Source of the DNA: Neocallimastix sp. 'constans'
Lineage: Eukaryota
Length of the DNA stretch: 64,000 nt
NCBI GenBank assembly: GCA_050613775.1
Contig: JBODTK010000101.1
Coordinates: 1 to 64,000 of the forward strand
Reading direction: 5' to 3'
The translations under genes were made by a program, and so were the position numbers. Under the pieces are notes generated by a model. It saw only the letters and a list, made by a program, of their open reading frames with translations, was not told where the DNA came from and ran no database searches. Of the stretch, positions 50,931-64,000 are shown piece by piece; the stretch's first letter is position 1; every line of letters begins with the position of its first letter.

Positions 50931-52297
50931 TTATCGGGAGTACGCAATCTCCCGAGATAAATAAAATTGCAACAAACAACTATGATCAAGAATATACTAT
51001 AGAATATGAAGGAAACAATAATTATATGATTAATGCAGCCCAACAGAGAAAATCACTAAGTAAGAATGTATTGGATAAAAATAAAATATCATCAAGTAAT
51101 AAATCTATAGTAAAACCTTCCATTCTAAATCAACCAAATATAAAAGCTGTTAAACAACAGAAGAAAGCCATTAGAGATAAAAGAAGAAGAGAAATTACAA
51201 ATGATATAGAAGACATGGATTTATCTAATAATAATATTACGCATGAAAAATCTAATAATAATAGTGAAAGTGTTCGTGCAACTAATTTTGACAAACCCCA
51301 ACCCAATACTCCTAATGAAAATAATTATCAAGATAATAATTCAAATACTATACCAGAAAAAGTTAAAACAAAAGGTAAGCGAAACATGACCGAAATACAA
51401 ATGTTAAAACCTGAAGATAAATTCAATATTCTAGAAGAAGCCAATAATTTATATCCTAAAATAAGCCTAACACAATTATTATCAGCATGTCCATCTATAA
51501 GAAAAGATCTAGAGCAAGGTTGTAAACCACGAGTTGAGAAAATACTTTATACTATTCAAAATTTAAATATTCCTATATTATGTGGAAAAATAGGAAACAA
51601 ATCAGTCAAAATACTTTTCGACACAGGTGCAAATGTTAACATCATAACTAAAAATTCACTTGAAGAACTAGAAAATGTAATCATTAATAATTGTGACCTT
51701 TCTGAAACTATTACAATTGCCGATGGTACAATATTCCATACTAATTCTTATATAAATTTAAAATTAACTATAAATAATAACTTAACAGTGAATGAAAAAT
51801 TTTATATAATAGATTATACAAATCCATTCTTTAATATTATATTAGGAAGAGGTATACAAAAGAAGTACAGACTCTACATTGATCCAGATGATGATTGCTT
51901 ATATCAAAAAACAAAAAAAGGAATTAAAAGAATAACTGAAATATATAATAACCATACTTCTTTAAAGACGCCTATGTGTAATGCAATAATAATAGAAAAG
52001 AATAAAGGTATCGGAAGTACTCTTTTGCAAAAGGAGGAAGACAAATTAGAACACCCAACTTGTTGTTTAAGTAGGACATTGTCAATCAACAATAACAAAC
52101 CAATAAAATTTATAACTGATTATAAGCCACTTTTAGGTTTGCTCAAGAAAAATATTCCTAACAACAATAGACATGCTCGTTGGATAGAAGAATTCAATAA
52201 ATACAAAACCAACCTAGTTTATCAAAAAAGAAAAAGAAATCTTTTCGATGATGCACTTTCAAGACTATCATCAAAAGACTCTGAAACAACACTTTAG
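50903..52297 (+). CDS. pol: Internally deleted Pol: aspartic protease fused in frame to partial RNase H
   Basis: ILFDTGANVNII and IILGR (protease); GIGSTLLQ..LSRTLS, FITDYKPL, RHARW, DALSRL (Ty3 RNase H); no YxDD, no HHCC or integrase core. Confidence 0.85.
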   Translation: MSRIKPFKLVIGSTQSPEINKIATNNYDQEYTIEYEGNNNYMINAAQQRKSLSKNVLDKNKISSSNKSIVKPSILNQPNIKAVKQQKKAIRDKRRREITNDIEDMDLSNNNITHEKSNNNSESVRATNFDKPQPNTPNENNYQDNNSNTIPEKVKTKGKRNMTEIQMLKPEDKFNILEEANNLYPKISLTQLLSACPSIRKDLEQGCKPRVEKILYTIQNLNIPILCGKIGNKSVKILFDTGANVNIITKNSLEELENVIINNCDLSETITIADGTIFHTNSYINLKLTINNNLTVNEKFYIIDYTNPFFNIILGRGIQKKYRLYIDPDDDCLYQKTKKGIKRITEIYNNHTSLKTPMCNAIIIEKNKGIGSTLLQKEEDKLEHPTCCLSRTLSINNNKPIKFITDYKPLLGLLKKNIPNNNRHARWIEEFNKYKTNLVYQKRKRNLFDDALSRLSSKDSETTL

Positions 52298-52423
52298 TTC
52301 TTGAAGATCCACAAACAGGAAAACTCCTTAAAAGAAATGTTCATAAAAAAAGTTTTCCCTTATGTACTACAAGAAAATGATACAACTTCAAGGGACGAAG
52401 TTGACTCTTAAGGGCCGAGAAAT

Positions 52424-53526
52424 TGATAAATAACAAAATTATTAAATTAAAATAAATAATAAAAAAACAAATTCTGTCTAACTTAACCCAAAAATTAATC
52501 CATTCTAAACAAAAAATTAAATCCATATTTAAGAAAAATTAATTAAATAAAAATAATTAAAATAAAATAATAATAATTTAATTAATCATTAATAATTTTA
52601 ATTAAAAACTAAAATAAATTAATAAATAATATTTTTCTAAAACAACAAATAAACAAAATAATAAACAAATTTAATAAATTATAAATAACAAATAAACAAA
52701 CTTATAAACATCTCAAAATTAAAATTAACTAGTTAAATAATTTTTTAAGTTACTTTTATTTAAAATAATGATTATTTTATTTATTTTATAACTCAACTTT
52801 TATAAACAAATTGTAATTAAAATAACATTTTAAAACTCATCTTTATCAACATTTTAATTGTAAATATTGTTTAATTTAATAATAAATTATTCTTTATTTC
52901 TCTTTTATTAATTTTATTATTTTTAATGTAAATAGTTTAAAATCAAAGAAAAATATAAAAACATGTAAATATTTCTTATAAATTATTCTTTATTATTAAT
53001 TATTTAATAAATTATTATAAATATTTTATTAGTTTTAATAATCAAAAGTATGATTATTAATTATTTAATAAATTATTATAAATATTTTATTAGTTTTAAT
53101 AATCAATTTTTTATGATTATTAATTATTTAATAAATTATTATAGATATTTTATTAGTTTTTAATAATCAATTTTTTTTATGATTATTAATTATTTTGATA
53201 AATTATTATATATTTTATTAGTTATTAATAATCAATTTTATTATTAAAATTTAAAATAAATTAGTATAAATAATAAATATTTCATTTTATTATTTTATTA
53301 GTTTTTAACAATTATTTTATTAATTTAAACAAAATTAATTATTAAATAAATAAAGATTAATATTAAAATAAAAATAAATTTTTTTTAATAAAACATTTTT
53401 GTGTTTAATAATAAAACATATTTATTTTTTTTAAATTCCTTAAATCAATTTTTATTCAGTATTTATCCTTTTATTCACTTCTGCAAAATTTAATTTTTGT
53501 AGATTAAGAATATTAGGTATAAATCA
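52424..53526 (+). repeat. 3' LTR
   Basis: Copy of 47332-48434. Confidence 0.95.
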
Positions 53527-53689
53527 AAAAAATTATAGAACGACCAAATAATGTTATTTTTGTTAGAATTAACAAAAATTATTCTAACCTATAATACTTT
53601 TTTTTATTCTTATTCATCGAAATAATAGATAATACTTATAATAATGAAAATATTAACCCAACTTTAAATTAAATTAATTGATTGAAAAA

Positions 53690-54350
53690 TCAAAAGACAG
53701 CACAACTGAAAGGAAAACTCAAAAAAAAAGTTACCTAGAAAAATACAAATGCAAACTGATTGTGAATCTTATGACATAATCAAAGATTTAAACTCCATTT
53801 AATTGCAATATTACAATGGGGCAATTATTAAATATTTCTCCAAAGGCTCGTTCACAAGTAAAAACCCAAGATCTTAAATTGGAGAAAAATACAACAAAAA
53901 TTTCTAATGCAGTTGATAATATGTGCGCTACGATAGTGGTTGTTAATAATATCGACCACTCTTACATAAGTAAAAGCCACGAACCCAAAAGAAGATGACA
54001 TTGCAATAGATGACTTAACTGTTAACGGTATTCGAAGGAAAGCACTAATTGATTCATGTAGTAATCTAAGTATAATTACTAAACAATTCTAAGATAAACT
54101 ACCTAATATTTATAAGCCCATTGGAATAAATCAATGACGAATTCGTTTTGGCAACCATAAATAATGATTATTCTGAGGATTTTGTTTTTCAAATCCCAGT
54201 TGTCATTAATAACTTTAAAAATTTTATTAACTTGCAAAAATAATTTACAAAGAAGATCCATTTTATGATATTCTTATTAATTTAAAAACTCAAGTGGATA
54301 ACAAATTATTTATTCATCCAATATTATACTCATTATGTCAATTCAATAAT
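53690..54350 (+). mobile_element. Older degenerate Gypsy gag-protease remnant
   Basis: YDIIKDL..ITMGQLLNISPKAR and ALIDSCSNLSII, with stops and frameshifts. Confidence 0.7.
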
Positions 54351-54899
54351 ATATATTTAAATATAACCAAATGATATCAATACCTTATTGTTAATTATAT
54401 GATAATTCTTTATATTAAACAAAAAAAAAATTATATATATAAATATAAAGCTGAAATATGAATATAAAGTACAGATTGAATAAAAATAAAATAAAATAAA
54501 TAATGAAATGATAAAAAGGATTAAAGTATTGATAAAAATAAAATAAAATAAAATAAATAATTGAGAAATGAATAGAAAATATAGATTGAATAGAAAATAA
54601 AACAAAATAAAATAATAATTAAAATATTAAAAATATATTTTATCTATATTAATTTTAATTCTAATTTTATATTATTGAATATAAAAATTATCTTAAAATA
54701 AAATAATGATATATTACATAATAATATCTGATATATAAGCATTTGTTGCATTTCACAATATGACTTTTATATTGTAATGTAATGTAATGAAATTTTTTGA
54801 TATTTTTTAATTCAATTATATATAAATAATAATTTTTTTTTTTTTTTTATATTTTTTAATACGATTATATATATATAATAAATAAATTATTATCAGATT

Positions 54900-55315
54900 T
54901 AGAAATAAATAAAAATGTGTTAATTATTGAAAAAATAAAATATTTTAAAAATTTTCCTAAATTAATGTATTAATAAAAATATAATAATCTATATATTCAT
55001 TATAAAGTTATTTCGAACTTGCCTATTGTAAATCCTGAATATATAATTAAAATTTATAGTAAAATTAGGTGTGAAACAACTAATAATGGCCAATTTTTGA
55101 AATTTTTAGAATATTTTTTTTAAAAAAAAAAAAAAAGAAACTATTTAAAAAATTATAAAAATTGGCCATTATTATAGTATTATAGAACATATAACAATAA
55201 TGTATTAGAATTAGAATAAATAATTTATTTTCAAAAGACCTTCTTTTTATAAATTAATATATGTATTAAAACAAGAACCTTTATCTTATAATGATTACAA
55301 AAGGAAAAGCGCAAG

Positions 55316-55320
<5 letters not shown>
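54900..55320 (+). mobile_element. MULE transposase remnant
   Basis: ISNLPIVNPEYI..QFLKFLEYF..IEHIT, homologous to ~1000-1310. Confidence 0.7.
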
Positions 55321-55375
<55 letters not shown>

Positions 55376-55520
55376 TAATAAAAAATAAAAAAGATTATCA
55401 GAATTATATCTTAAAAATTATTATTATTATAAATTCATAATTTTGTAAAATTATGATATTTTTTAAAATTTCAATATATAAAAAAAAATATTAAAATATA
55501 TTTTTATCCTTAAATATTTC

Positions 55521-55566
<46 letters not shown>

Positions 55567-56661
55567 TTTATTATTATTCTTATTGTTTCATTTTTATTAA
55601 AAACTTTTATATTTACATTATTAATTTTATGAAAACTATTGATAAGCATAAAAAGTTATAAAAAAAAATTTTTTTTCTAAACTTTGACTTAAATATTTCA
55701 TTTTTAAAAGAATATTTTTATTTATATATTTATTTTAAAGAATTTAAAACTTTTAACTTTTATAATTTTTTTTTAATGAATATTTTTTTTTATACTTTTA
55801 AGAATTTTTAAAAAATATATATATATATAAATATATATATATAAGAATATTTAAAGAAATTTTTTTTCTTATATTTTTAAGATATATATTCCTTTTTTAT
55901 TTTTTATTTTTTATTTATTTTTTTTTTTTTATTAAATATTTTTATAGATTTCAAGAATATTTGATTATTTTTTTTTTTTTTTAAAAATATTTAAATATAT
56001 GAAATTTTCTTAAATATTTTATTTTTATATAATATTTTATATTTAAAATAATATTTTATTTTTAAATAATATTTTTTATAATAATATTTTATTTTTAAAT
56101 AATATTAAAAAACAAGTTAAAAAGATGAAAACTAGATAACAAAATATTCAACAAAAATAACAAAAACAAATTTTAATAAATATGTTTTTTTTTGTCTTTT
56201 TTTTTTTTTTAATCTTTTTTATCAATTTCATGAATATTTTATTTATTTTGTTTTTTAAATATATTATATATTGAAAATTTCAAAAATATTTTATTTGTAA
56301 CGAATATTTTTATATTTTTATTTTTTTTTTTTTTAAATAAATATAAAAAGAATAATAGAAATATTTTAATAAATAATATCTAATTTGATATTATTTATTA
56401 AAATTATGAAATGCCACATTTCCAAAATGTAACTTTCCAAAATTCAAATCTCCAATAAAAAATTAAATGTTTAATATAAATAATGTATAAGCCACATTAT
56501 AATAATATAAAATTGTTTAATTTAGAATAATTTTGTTAATTTTTTTTTTTTTTTTCTTTTGTAAAATCGAATTATTAAATCTTTTTTGTAAAATAGGAAT
56601 TATTATAAATCCTAAATAACCTGATTCTTTAAAATAAGATTAAATATAATTTTCAAAAAAG

Positions 56662-56700
<39 letters not shown>

Positions 56701-56743
56701 TAGTAATACCAAAAAATAAAAAAATAATATAAATATTCTTAAA

Positions 56744-57736
56744 ATGTTAGTGAAAAAATTTAATAATATTTATAAAAAATTATTATTATGCTTTATTTTT
56801 TTTGGTTTATTTCAATTTATAAATTGTGATAATAATGATGTGAATAAGGACAAAAGTATAGATAATATAAATAAACGAGGAAAACCAAAAGAAATAAAAG
56901 TATCTATTATTATGCCAACATACAATTCAGCTGAATTTATCGAGCGATCATTAAAATGTGCACTCAACCAAACTCTTAAAGAAATTGAAATTATAGTGAT
57001 AGATGACCATTCTACTGATAATACATTAGATATTTTAAAGAAATATGAAAAAGATACTCGTTTAAAAATTATTTCTTTAAATCAAAATCGAGGTTCTGGG
57101 GTAGCTAGAAATCTTGGATTAGAATTAGCTGTAGGTAAATTCATTGGATTCATTGATAGTGATGATTATGTTGATGAAAGATTCTTTGAATTTTTATACA
57201 AATATTCAAAGGATGTGGATGTGGTAATTGGTATCTTCGTTGATAGTACAAATCTTTCTGATAAATATTCTCATCACCGTAAATTTAAAAGCTACGGTGC
57301 TAATTATGACAGTATTTGGAGTAGAGATGTTATAAATAAAAATCATATTCGTTACCCTACTGATGGAAAAATAGGAGAAGATGTCAAATTTAGAAAAAGT
57401 TTTATGGCTACAAAACCAAGAACATTTAATGCCCCTGATGAAGGAATTTATTATTATTATAAGAGAAGGGAAGGCTCTCAAATGAATTTTAAAGGAGACT
57501 ACATTAAAAAATTAAGTGAAAGTAATAAGGAAGGAGTAGAAAAAATTGAAAATGATGAAAATCTTAAATTATTAACTAAAGAAAACCATTTAATAAAATA
57601 CGTAACAATTATTGCAGTACCTCTCGTTGGTTTAACTGGAGTTTTAACAATAGCCGCATATATATATAAAAAATCAAGATACATAAGATTGAATGAAGCT
57701 AGTGAATTAAATAGTATCATTGAATCAATTAATTAA
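56744..57736 (+). CDS. Glycosyltransferase family 2 protein with signal peptide and C-terminal TM helix, intronless
   Basis: KVSIIMPTYN, IEIIVIDDHSTD, GVARNLGL, FIDSDD, GED, YYYYKRREGS; hydrophobic N-terminus and C-terminal IIAVPLVGLTGVLTIAAYIY. Confidence 0.92.
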   Translation: MLVKKFNNIYKKLLLCFIFFGLFQFINCDNNDVNKDKSIDNINKRGKPKEIKVSIIMPTYNSAEFIERSLKCALNQTLKEIEIIVIDDHSTDNTLDILKKYEKDTRLKIISLNQNRGSGVARNLGLELAVGKFIGFIDSDDYVDERFFEFLYKYSKDVDVVIGIFVDSTNLSDKYSHHRKFKSYGANYDSIWSRDVINKNHIRYPTDGKIGEDVKFRKSFMATKPRTFNAPDEGIYYYYKRREGSQMNFKGDYIKKLSESNKEGVEKIENDENLKLLTKENHLIKYVTIIAVPLVGLTGVLTIAAYIYKKSRYIRLNEASELNSIIESIN

Positions 57737-59869
57737 TAACTTGTTTTTATAATTTATTTTTCAAAAAACAATATTCTTTTTTTTTTGGTATAACAAATAT
57801 TAACAAATTTGAAAATATGAATAAGGATTAACTATATATAAATATTATAATTAATTTAAAATTTAAAATAATTATTTTTATCATAAGATAAAATATATTA
57901 ATTTTAAATTTTTATTTTTGTTTTTATTTTTATTTTTTATTTTTTATTTTTATTTTTTTATTTTTATTTTTATTTTTATTTTTATTTTTATCTTAATGTA
58001 TGTATAAAATTAAATGAATGTTAAGAAAATATATATATATCAATATATTTATATTTATAATCAATTACTTTAATTGTTTAGAATTATATGTAGAATTTTT
58101 TTTTTTTTTTTATAGAAGCAAATGATGGATATTACGTATACATGCATAATAATTTTTTAGAATAATTAGAATATATTAATAATTAAAATAAATAAAATCA
58201 TAATTAATATTAAAAATATATATAAATACATATTTATGTATATTTATGTACATATATACATATATACACTTATGTATTATTTGAAAGTAATGTATTTCAG
58301 ATATTGTGGCGTTTAGAAAATTTTAATACATAAATAAATAAATTGTAATAAACAAAAAATTAGATAAAATAATATGAATAAATATATAATGTAGTTATTA
58401 AGTAGTTATTATTATTATTATTATTATTATTATTTATTATTATTATTATTATTATTTATTATTATTATTATTATAATAATAATAATAATAATAATTATTA
58501 ATAATTATTGATAATTAATTATTATATATTAAAATATATTATTTTATCTAATTTATTTATTATTATGTAATTTATTAAAGTATATTTATTTTTATGTTTG
58601 TGTGTTTATTTTATGTTGTATAAATTTATGTCAACAATTCATTTTAAATATTTTGTGTAACTTGTATATATGTAATAAATGATATAAAACAAATATAATA
58701 TTAATATATTTAATAATTATTAAATATTAAATCTATATCTTAATAATAATTTTTAAAATAATATCTTATTTAAATTATATATTAACATATATTCTATAAT
58801 ATATTAATTACATATAAAACTTTAAACTATTAATTATAATGAAATCATAAAATCATTTATTATATATTATATTATAATTAAAGATATAGAAATTATTTAT
58901 TATTTTATTTATAATAATATATATTTTAGTATATTTTAATATTTATTTTTACACTAAATTTATTTATATTTAAAATATTATATAATTAAAATTAAAATTA
59001 TTATAGTTTTATTTTTAAACATGTGTTATTTCAATTATATTCAAAAAAAAAAAAAAAAAAAAAAAAACTACTAATAATCCATAATTATAATAATAAAGAT
59101 TTGGTAAAATAATAATAATTATTAACAAAGAATAATAAATTAGAGTTAGACTATAAAAAAACGGTCAGTGCACATAAAAGTATTCATGTGATATAAGTTC
59201 TATATAAAATATATAGTATAAATAAATTTTGAAATATATAATACTGATATTGATATTGATATTGATATCGATTATTAATATATTGTTGACACTAATAAAA
59301 TTTGAACTATTGCTAAATGGAACGATTTTAGTTATAAGTAATTAGTTATTTTTAATATGTTCTAAAAAATACAAGAAAATTGTCATAATTATTTTTTTTT
59401 TTTGTGCATAATTTTTTTTTTTAATATAAATAACAAATATTTTTTCAGGGTCTATAAGCGATTAGTTCGAAATGTGGCCTAATAACATTATTATTATTAT
59501 GATTATTATCCATTTCATTATAACATAATTTATTTATTTATCTTTTTTTTTTTTTTTTTTTTATTATTTGTTTGTTTTGTTTTTTATTTATTTATCTTTT
59601 TTTTTTTATTATTATTATTATTATTTGTTTGTTTTGTTTTTTATTTATTTATCTTTTTTTTTTTTTTTATTTGTTTGTTTTGTTTTGTTTTGTTTTGTTA
59701 TTCTATGTTTTTCTAATAAAAAAAATTTTTTTTATAATACCAAACACTATATTAACTTTTATATTAGGAAAAAAAAATTTTTTTTTTGAAAACATTAGAT
59801 ATACTTTTTTCAAAATCACAGTGTTAAATTAATTAGCATAATTACAAAATTGTTACTAGAAAGAAAGAT

Positions 59870-60315
59870 TTACATTTATTTTTTTTTTTTAAAGTGTTTA
59901 TATTCAATTCATCTATATATTTATATAAAATTATATTTATATTCTTTGTTGATAATTTGTTCTTTTCCTCGATTGGTTTCACTAATTTCAACCTTAATGT
60001 CTTCTTCCAATTTTACTTTAAATTTTTAATTAAATTTCCTGAAAAGAATATTTAAATTTATATACATTAAAAAGTGTGTGAAATTTTATAATTTATTTTT
60101 TTTAAATTTAAAAAATAAAAATATTAAATTTATTTGTTATTAATATAAATTATTTATATATTAATATTTATCTATTAATAAATGAATATTAATTATTCAA
60201 ATTTATTTTTTTTTAATTATTTATTATTTATTTATTTAAAATGTATAAAAAATGTTAAAATAGTGTGGCGTAAGACTACAATTTATACAAGCCATTTTCC
60301 AAAATACCCTTTCCC
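59870..60315 (-). mobile_element. MULE 5' remnant (terminus and transposase N-terminus)
   Basis: EEDIKVEISETNRGKEQII matches the start of the transposase at 26701; GGGAAAGGG-type end at 60315. Confidence 0.65.
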
Positions 60316-60986
60316 ATGATATATTTACTACCATATTATTAGAAAATTGTATATATTTATAAAAAATATATATATAATATATATATATTAGAAGTTTATT
60401 GATTAATAAAAGAATTAAAAAAAAAAAAATCTTTTTAATATTTTAATGATATGTTTTTTTTTTTTTTTTTTTTCCATTATCAAATAATATCCATGGAATT
60501 AATTAAGTTTAGGGGCTTAACGAAATTCCTAAATTATAATTATAATCATATATAAAAAAAAAAAAAATTTTTAAACTTTTTTTTTTTATTCCATTATCAA
60601 ATATTATCCATGGAATTAATAAAGTCACGGGACTTACCAATATTTTTAAATTATAATAAAAATCTTATAAAAATATATATATATAACTTTTTTATTATAT
60701 TTTTAAAATATATATATACTTTTTTATTATATTTTTAAAAAATATATATACTTTTTTATTATATTTTTAAAATATATATACCTTTTTTATTATATTTTTA
60801 ATTTATTTATCCCAAGAAGTTATTGTAATAATATACTTATAAATAAATTATTATATCATTAACAAAGCAAGAAAGAATAAAAATAAATAAAATATATAAA
60901 ATAATAAACTAATTAATTTCAATATTAAGAATTTGAGTATAGATAATAATTCTGAAAGAATATATCTAGATTCTTACAGAATGATA

Positions 60987-61107
60987 TGTTTTTCCAGTTT
61001 TTATTCTGGTGGTTAGTACTCGGGACTAAGAAAAATAAGATTTCTGGATTGACCCCGCAATTTACCTCCTGAATTTATATGGGGAGCATTTTTCATCCTC
61101 CCATGGT

Positions 61108-61146
<39 letters not shown>

Positions 61147-61486
61147 TTTTCTATAAATGACGTTGGTTGTTCGCTTTACTATGGTAAGTATTCCTGTTGC
61201 TAGATTATACAGAGAGAGAGCATTTGATCTATGAGAGGATTAGTGTAGTTATTCCTCCCTCGATGATGGTTGGTCCAAGAGTTCAATGAAAAGAAAGCCC
61301 CATCGTATAAAGCAACATTTAGGGGAATGTCTTTTCATATTAGCCTTGCTTAGAGAGAGATACTCGCCGACACCAAAAAGGTATATCAAAGAATCCAATG
61401 AGTGTCTAATTCGTTTAAGGGAGAAACCGAAGAACCTATTGCCCTCCCCTCTTGTTAATCCCAATCCAAAAAAAAAAAAAAAAAAA
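60987..61486 (+). mobile_element. SINE-like repeat, longest copy 4
   Basis: TGTTTTTCCAGTTTTTATTCTGG ... CTTGTTAATCCCAATCC(A)19. Confidence 0.7.
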
Positions 61487-62139
61487 GTATAAAATTTTTT
61501 TTTTAATTAAAATATCCTGATATTATTTAAAATTTTAGTAAAAATATACGAATTTTTTAAAAAGTATATGTATTAAACTAGGAATAGAAAGAAAGTATAT
61601 CGTTTAAATAATAATAATGATAATAATAATAATAATAATAATATATATATATCTGAGTATTTTAACAACAATATATTAATTAAATATATATATTATATAT
61701 ATATATATGTATATATTTATATAACACAATTTGTTTCTTATATATATAATACTATAATTTAATATTCTTTTTTTTTTTTATTCAATTTTAATTTTTAATT
61801 TTTTTAAATTTACTTTTTAACAAATTTCCTTATGAATTATTGAATATTTCACCTTCGTAATTATTCTAATAAAAAAAATTATCTAAATTTTTATTATTAT
61901 TTTCTTTCGCTTTTCTTTTTATATATATATATATATATATAAACATTTTTTTTTATTTTTATTTTTATAAAAATGATAAAAATGATATATATATATATAT
62001 ATATATTTATTTTTTATTTTAAATTTTTATAAAAATAATATATAATTTTTTTTTTAGACTAGAATTAGAACAAAAGAATACGGCTTAAATAAAAAGAATA
62101 AATATATATTTGAGCATCTTAATATTAATATAATTAATT

Positions 62140-62530
<391 letters not shown>

Positions 62531-62939
62531 ACAAATATAATAATAATAAAAGTAATAATAATAAAATAGAAATGACTAACCATCATCAATGGTACTTTAT
62601 CCTACCAATACAATATAATTTTTTTTTTTTTTTTATTAAGATGCAATTATTGCCAATTTTAATCTTTATTTATTTCTTCATTTATTAATTACATAATTTT
62701 TTTTTTTTTTATAAAAAGCTCCCAATTAATAAAAAAAAAAAAAAAATAAAAATAAATATTATTTGTCCAATTAGAGCATAATAATATTTAAAATAGTAAA
62801 GTTGAAATAAAAAAATAACATCTTTGAATTTAGTGATATTCTTTTTCTTAATTTTCTTGTGGAGCACCGGTGATTTTTTTTTTTTTTTTGACCAAGAATA
62901 ACATGGCATGGAAAGGGATATGGTTTAGGAGATCTTTTT

Positions 62940-64000
62940 AAATAATACATTTAGAATTTCACCATTTACAAAAGCATTTTATTTGAAAAGAAACATAAAA
63001 GCCAGCAATTGGAAAATACTTGAAGATCACGAGATAAGGCATAAACACGAACGGTTGAGTTCCTTTTGATATAATTTTTATTATTTTTTTTTTCTTCTTT
63101 TCAATGTTAAGATAAATCTTCCTTATTTGAGGAATCAGAATCGAATATATCACAACAATGTAGTGTTAATTAAGAATTGTACATTCTTAGAATTTTTTTT
63201 TTGTTTTGTTTGAACCAAAGAGTGGAGCACAATATAATGCTTTGCTAATAATACATGATGGAATTGATAGATCTTTTAATGGAACTTTATTATTGGATAA
63301 AAAAAAAAAAACTAGAGAAAGAAAATTTAAGGATTTTCTAACTTTAGTATTTCTATAAGTGATAAATAGGCTCAAGGGAAAGATCATTACTGAAGGGAAT
63401 ACCTAAGTAAATATATACAGATGCTTTAGGGATAGAATACATACCAAAGGTGAAATGTACGTTCTTCATAACCAAGAATAATAAAGCATAATTTGGGGGG
63501 TTTAATAACCATGGTAGCCTATTTATTGATACCAAACCAAAAGACATTTCATTTTTATTAGCCCAACAAAAAAAAAAAAAAAAACATGACGAAGTAGAGC
63601 CTTCATTTTTCTTTCACTAGGCGCTATTAGAACAATATCATCAGCAAAAAAAAAAAGACCACCACAATATTTTTTTTTTTTTTTTTGATTACCAATACGA
63701 ACACCATATTTATCACAATTATTTAAAAGTATTCATTAATGAATAAATTAAATAAAATTGATGATAATGAGCAACCTTGTCTAACCCCAAGATGAATAGG
63801 AAATTCATTTGATAACATGTCAAGGTAACGAGCTCTAGCTTTGGAAGTTAAGGTAGAGCTTAGAAATGAAATCAAAACATTTGTCAAGAATATCAAGATG
63901 AAAGAATTTTTTTTAAGAATGTTGAAAAAAATGGGAACAGAATCAAAGGCTTTTTTTTTTCAAATCAAGAAAAGCTACATATTTGAATTAATCTAGCAGG
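62940..64000 (-). mobile_element. Degenerate LINE reverse transcriptase region, running off the right edge
   Basis: FLDLKK, GVRQGCSLSSILFNLFIN, FADDIVLIAP, YIYLGIPF; many frameshifts. Confidence 0.88.

Larger units (their letters stand above)
47332..53526 (+). mobile_element. Non-autonomous Ty3/Gypsy LTR retrotransposon (6.2 kb) lacking RT and integrase
   Basis: Two 1103-bp TG...CA LTRs, PBS, gag, protease, RNase H remnant, purine-rich tract before the 3' LTR; flanked by AAAA on both sides. Confidence 0.93.

Noticed and set aside
57435..57441. Hammerhead core CTGATGA
   Set aside because: Inside the GT2 coding region, with no supporting stems seen
61249..61492. Two short opposing ORFs in the SINE-like copy
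   Set aside because: No matching ORF is listed in the 17-kb copy and no domain is recognisable

Overview
Extremely AT-rich, intron-containing eukaryotic DNA. Fungal non-catalytic dockerins on a GH5 enzyme and a solute-binding-protein/7TM fusion point to an anaerobic gut fungus (Neocallimastigomycota); this is an inference. Six probably intact genes are supported: a nucleotide-sugar transporter, a triple-dockerin GH5 cellulosome enzyme, an intronless aldo/keto reductase, an SBP-GPCR-like receptor, a triple-HMG-box regulator and a membrane-anchored GT2. There is also one tRNA-Ala(TGC) and a decayed receptor paralogue. Much of the rest is mobile DNA: Mutator-like (MULE) elements (one complete, with 9-bp TSD), LINE fragments, a four-copy SINE-like family, and a young Ty3/Gypsy LTR element lacking RT and integrase. 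That element retains gag, a -1 frameshift signal, protease, a tRNA-Ala PBS and two highly structured leader domains, and sits just upstream of a tRNA-Ala gene. All calls were made by eye without searches; exon boundaries were checked only for GT/AG and reading-frame continuity.
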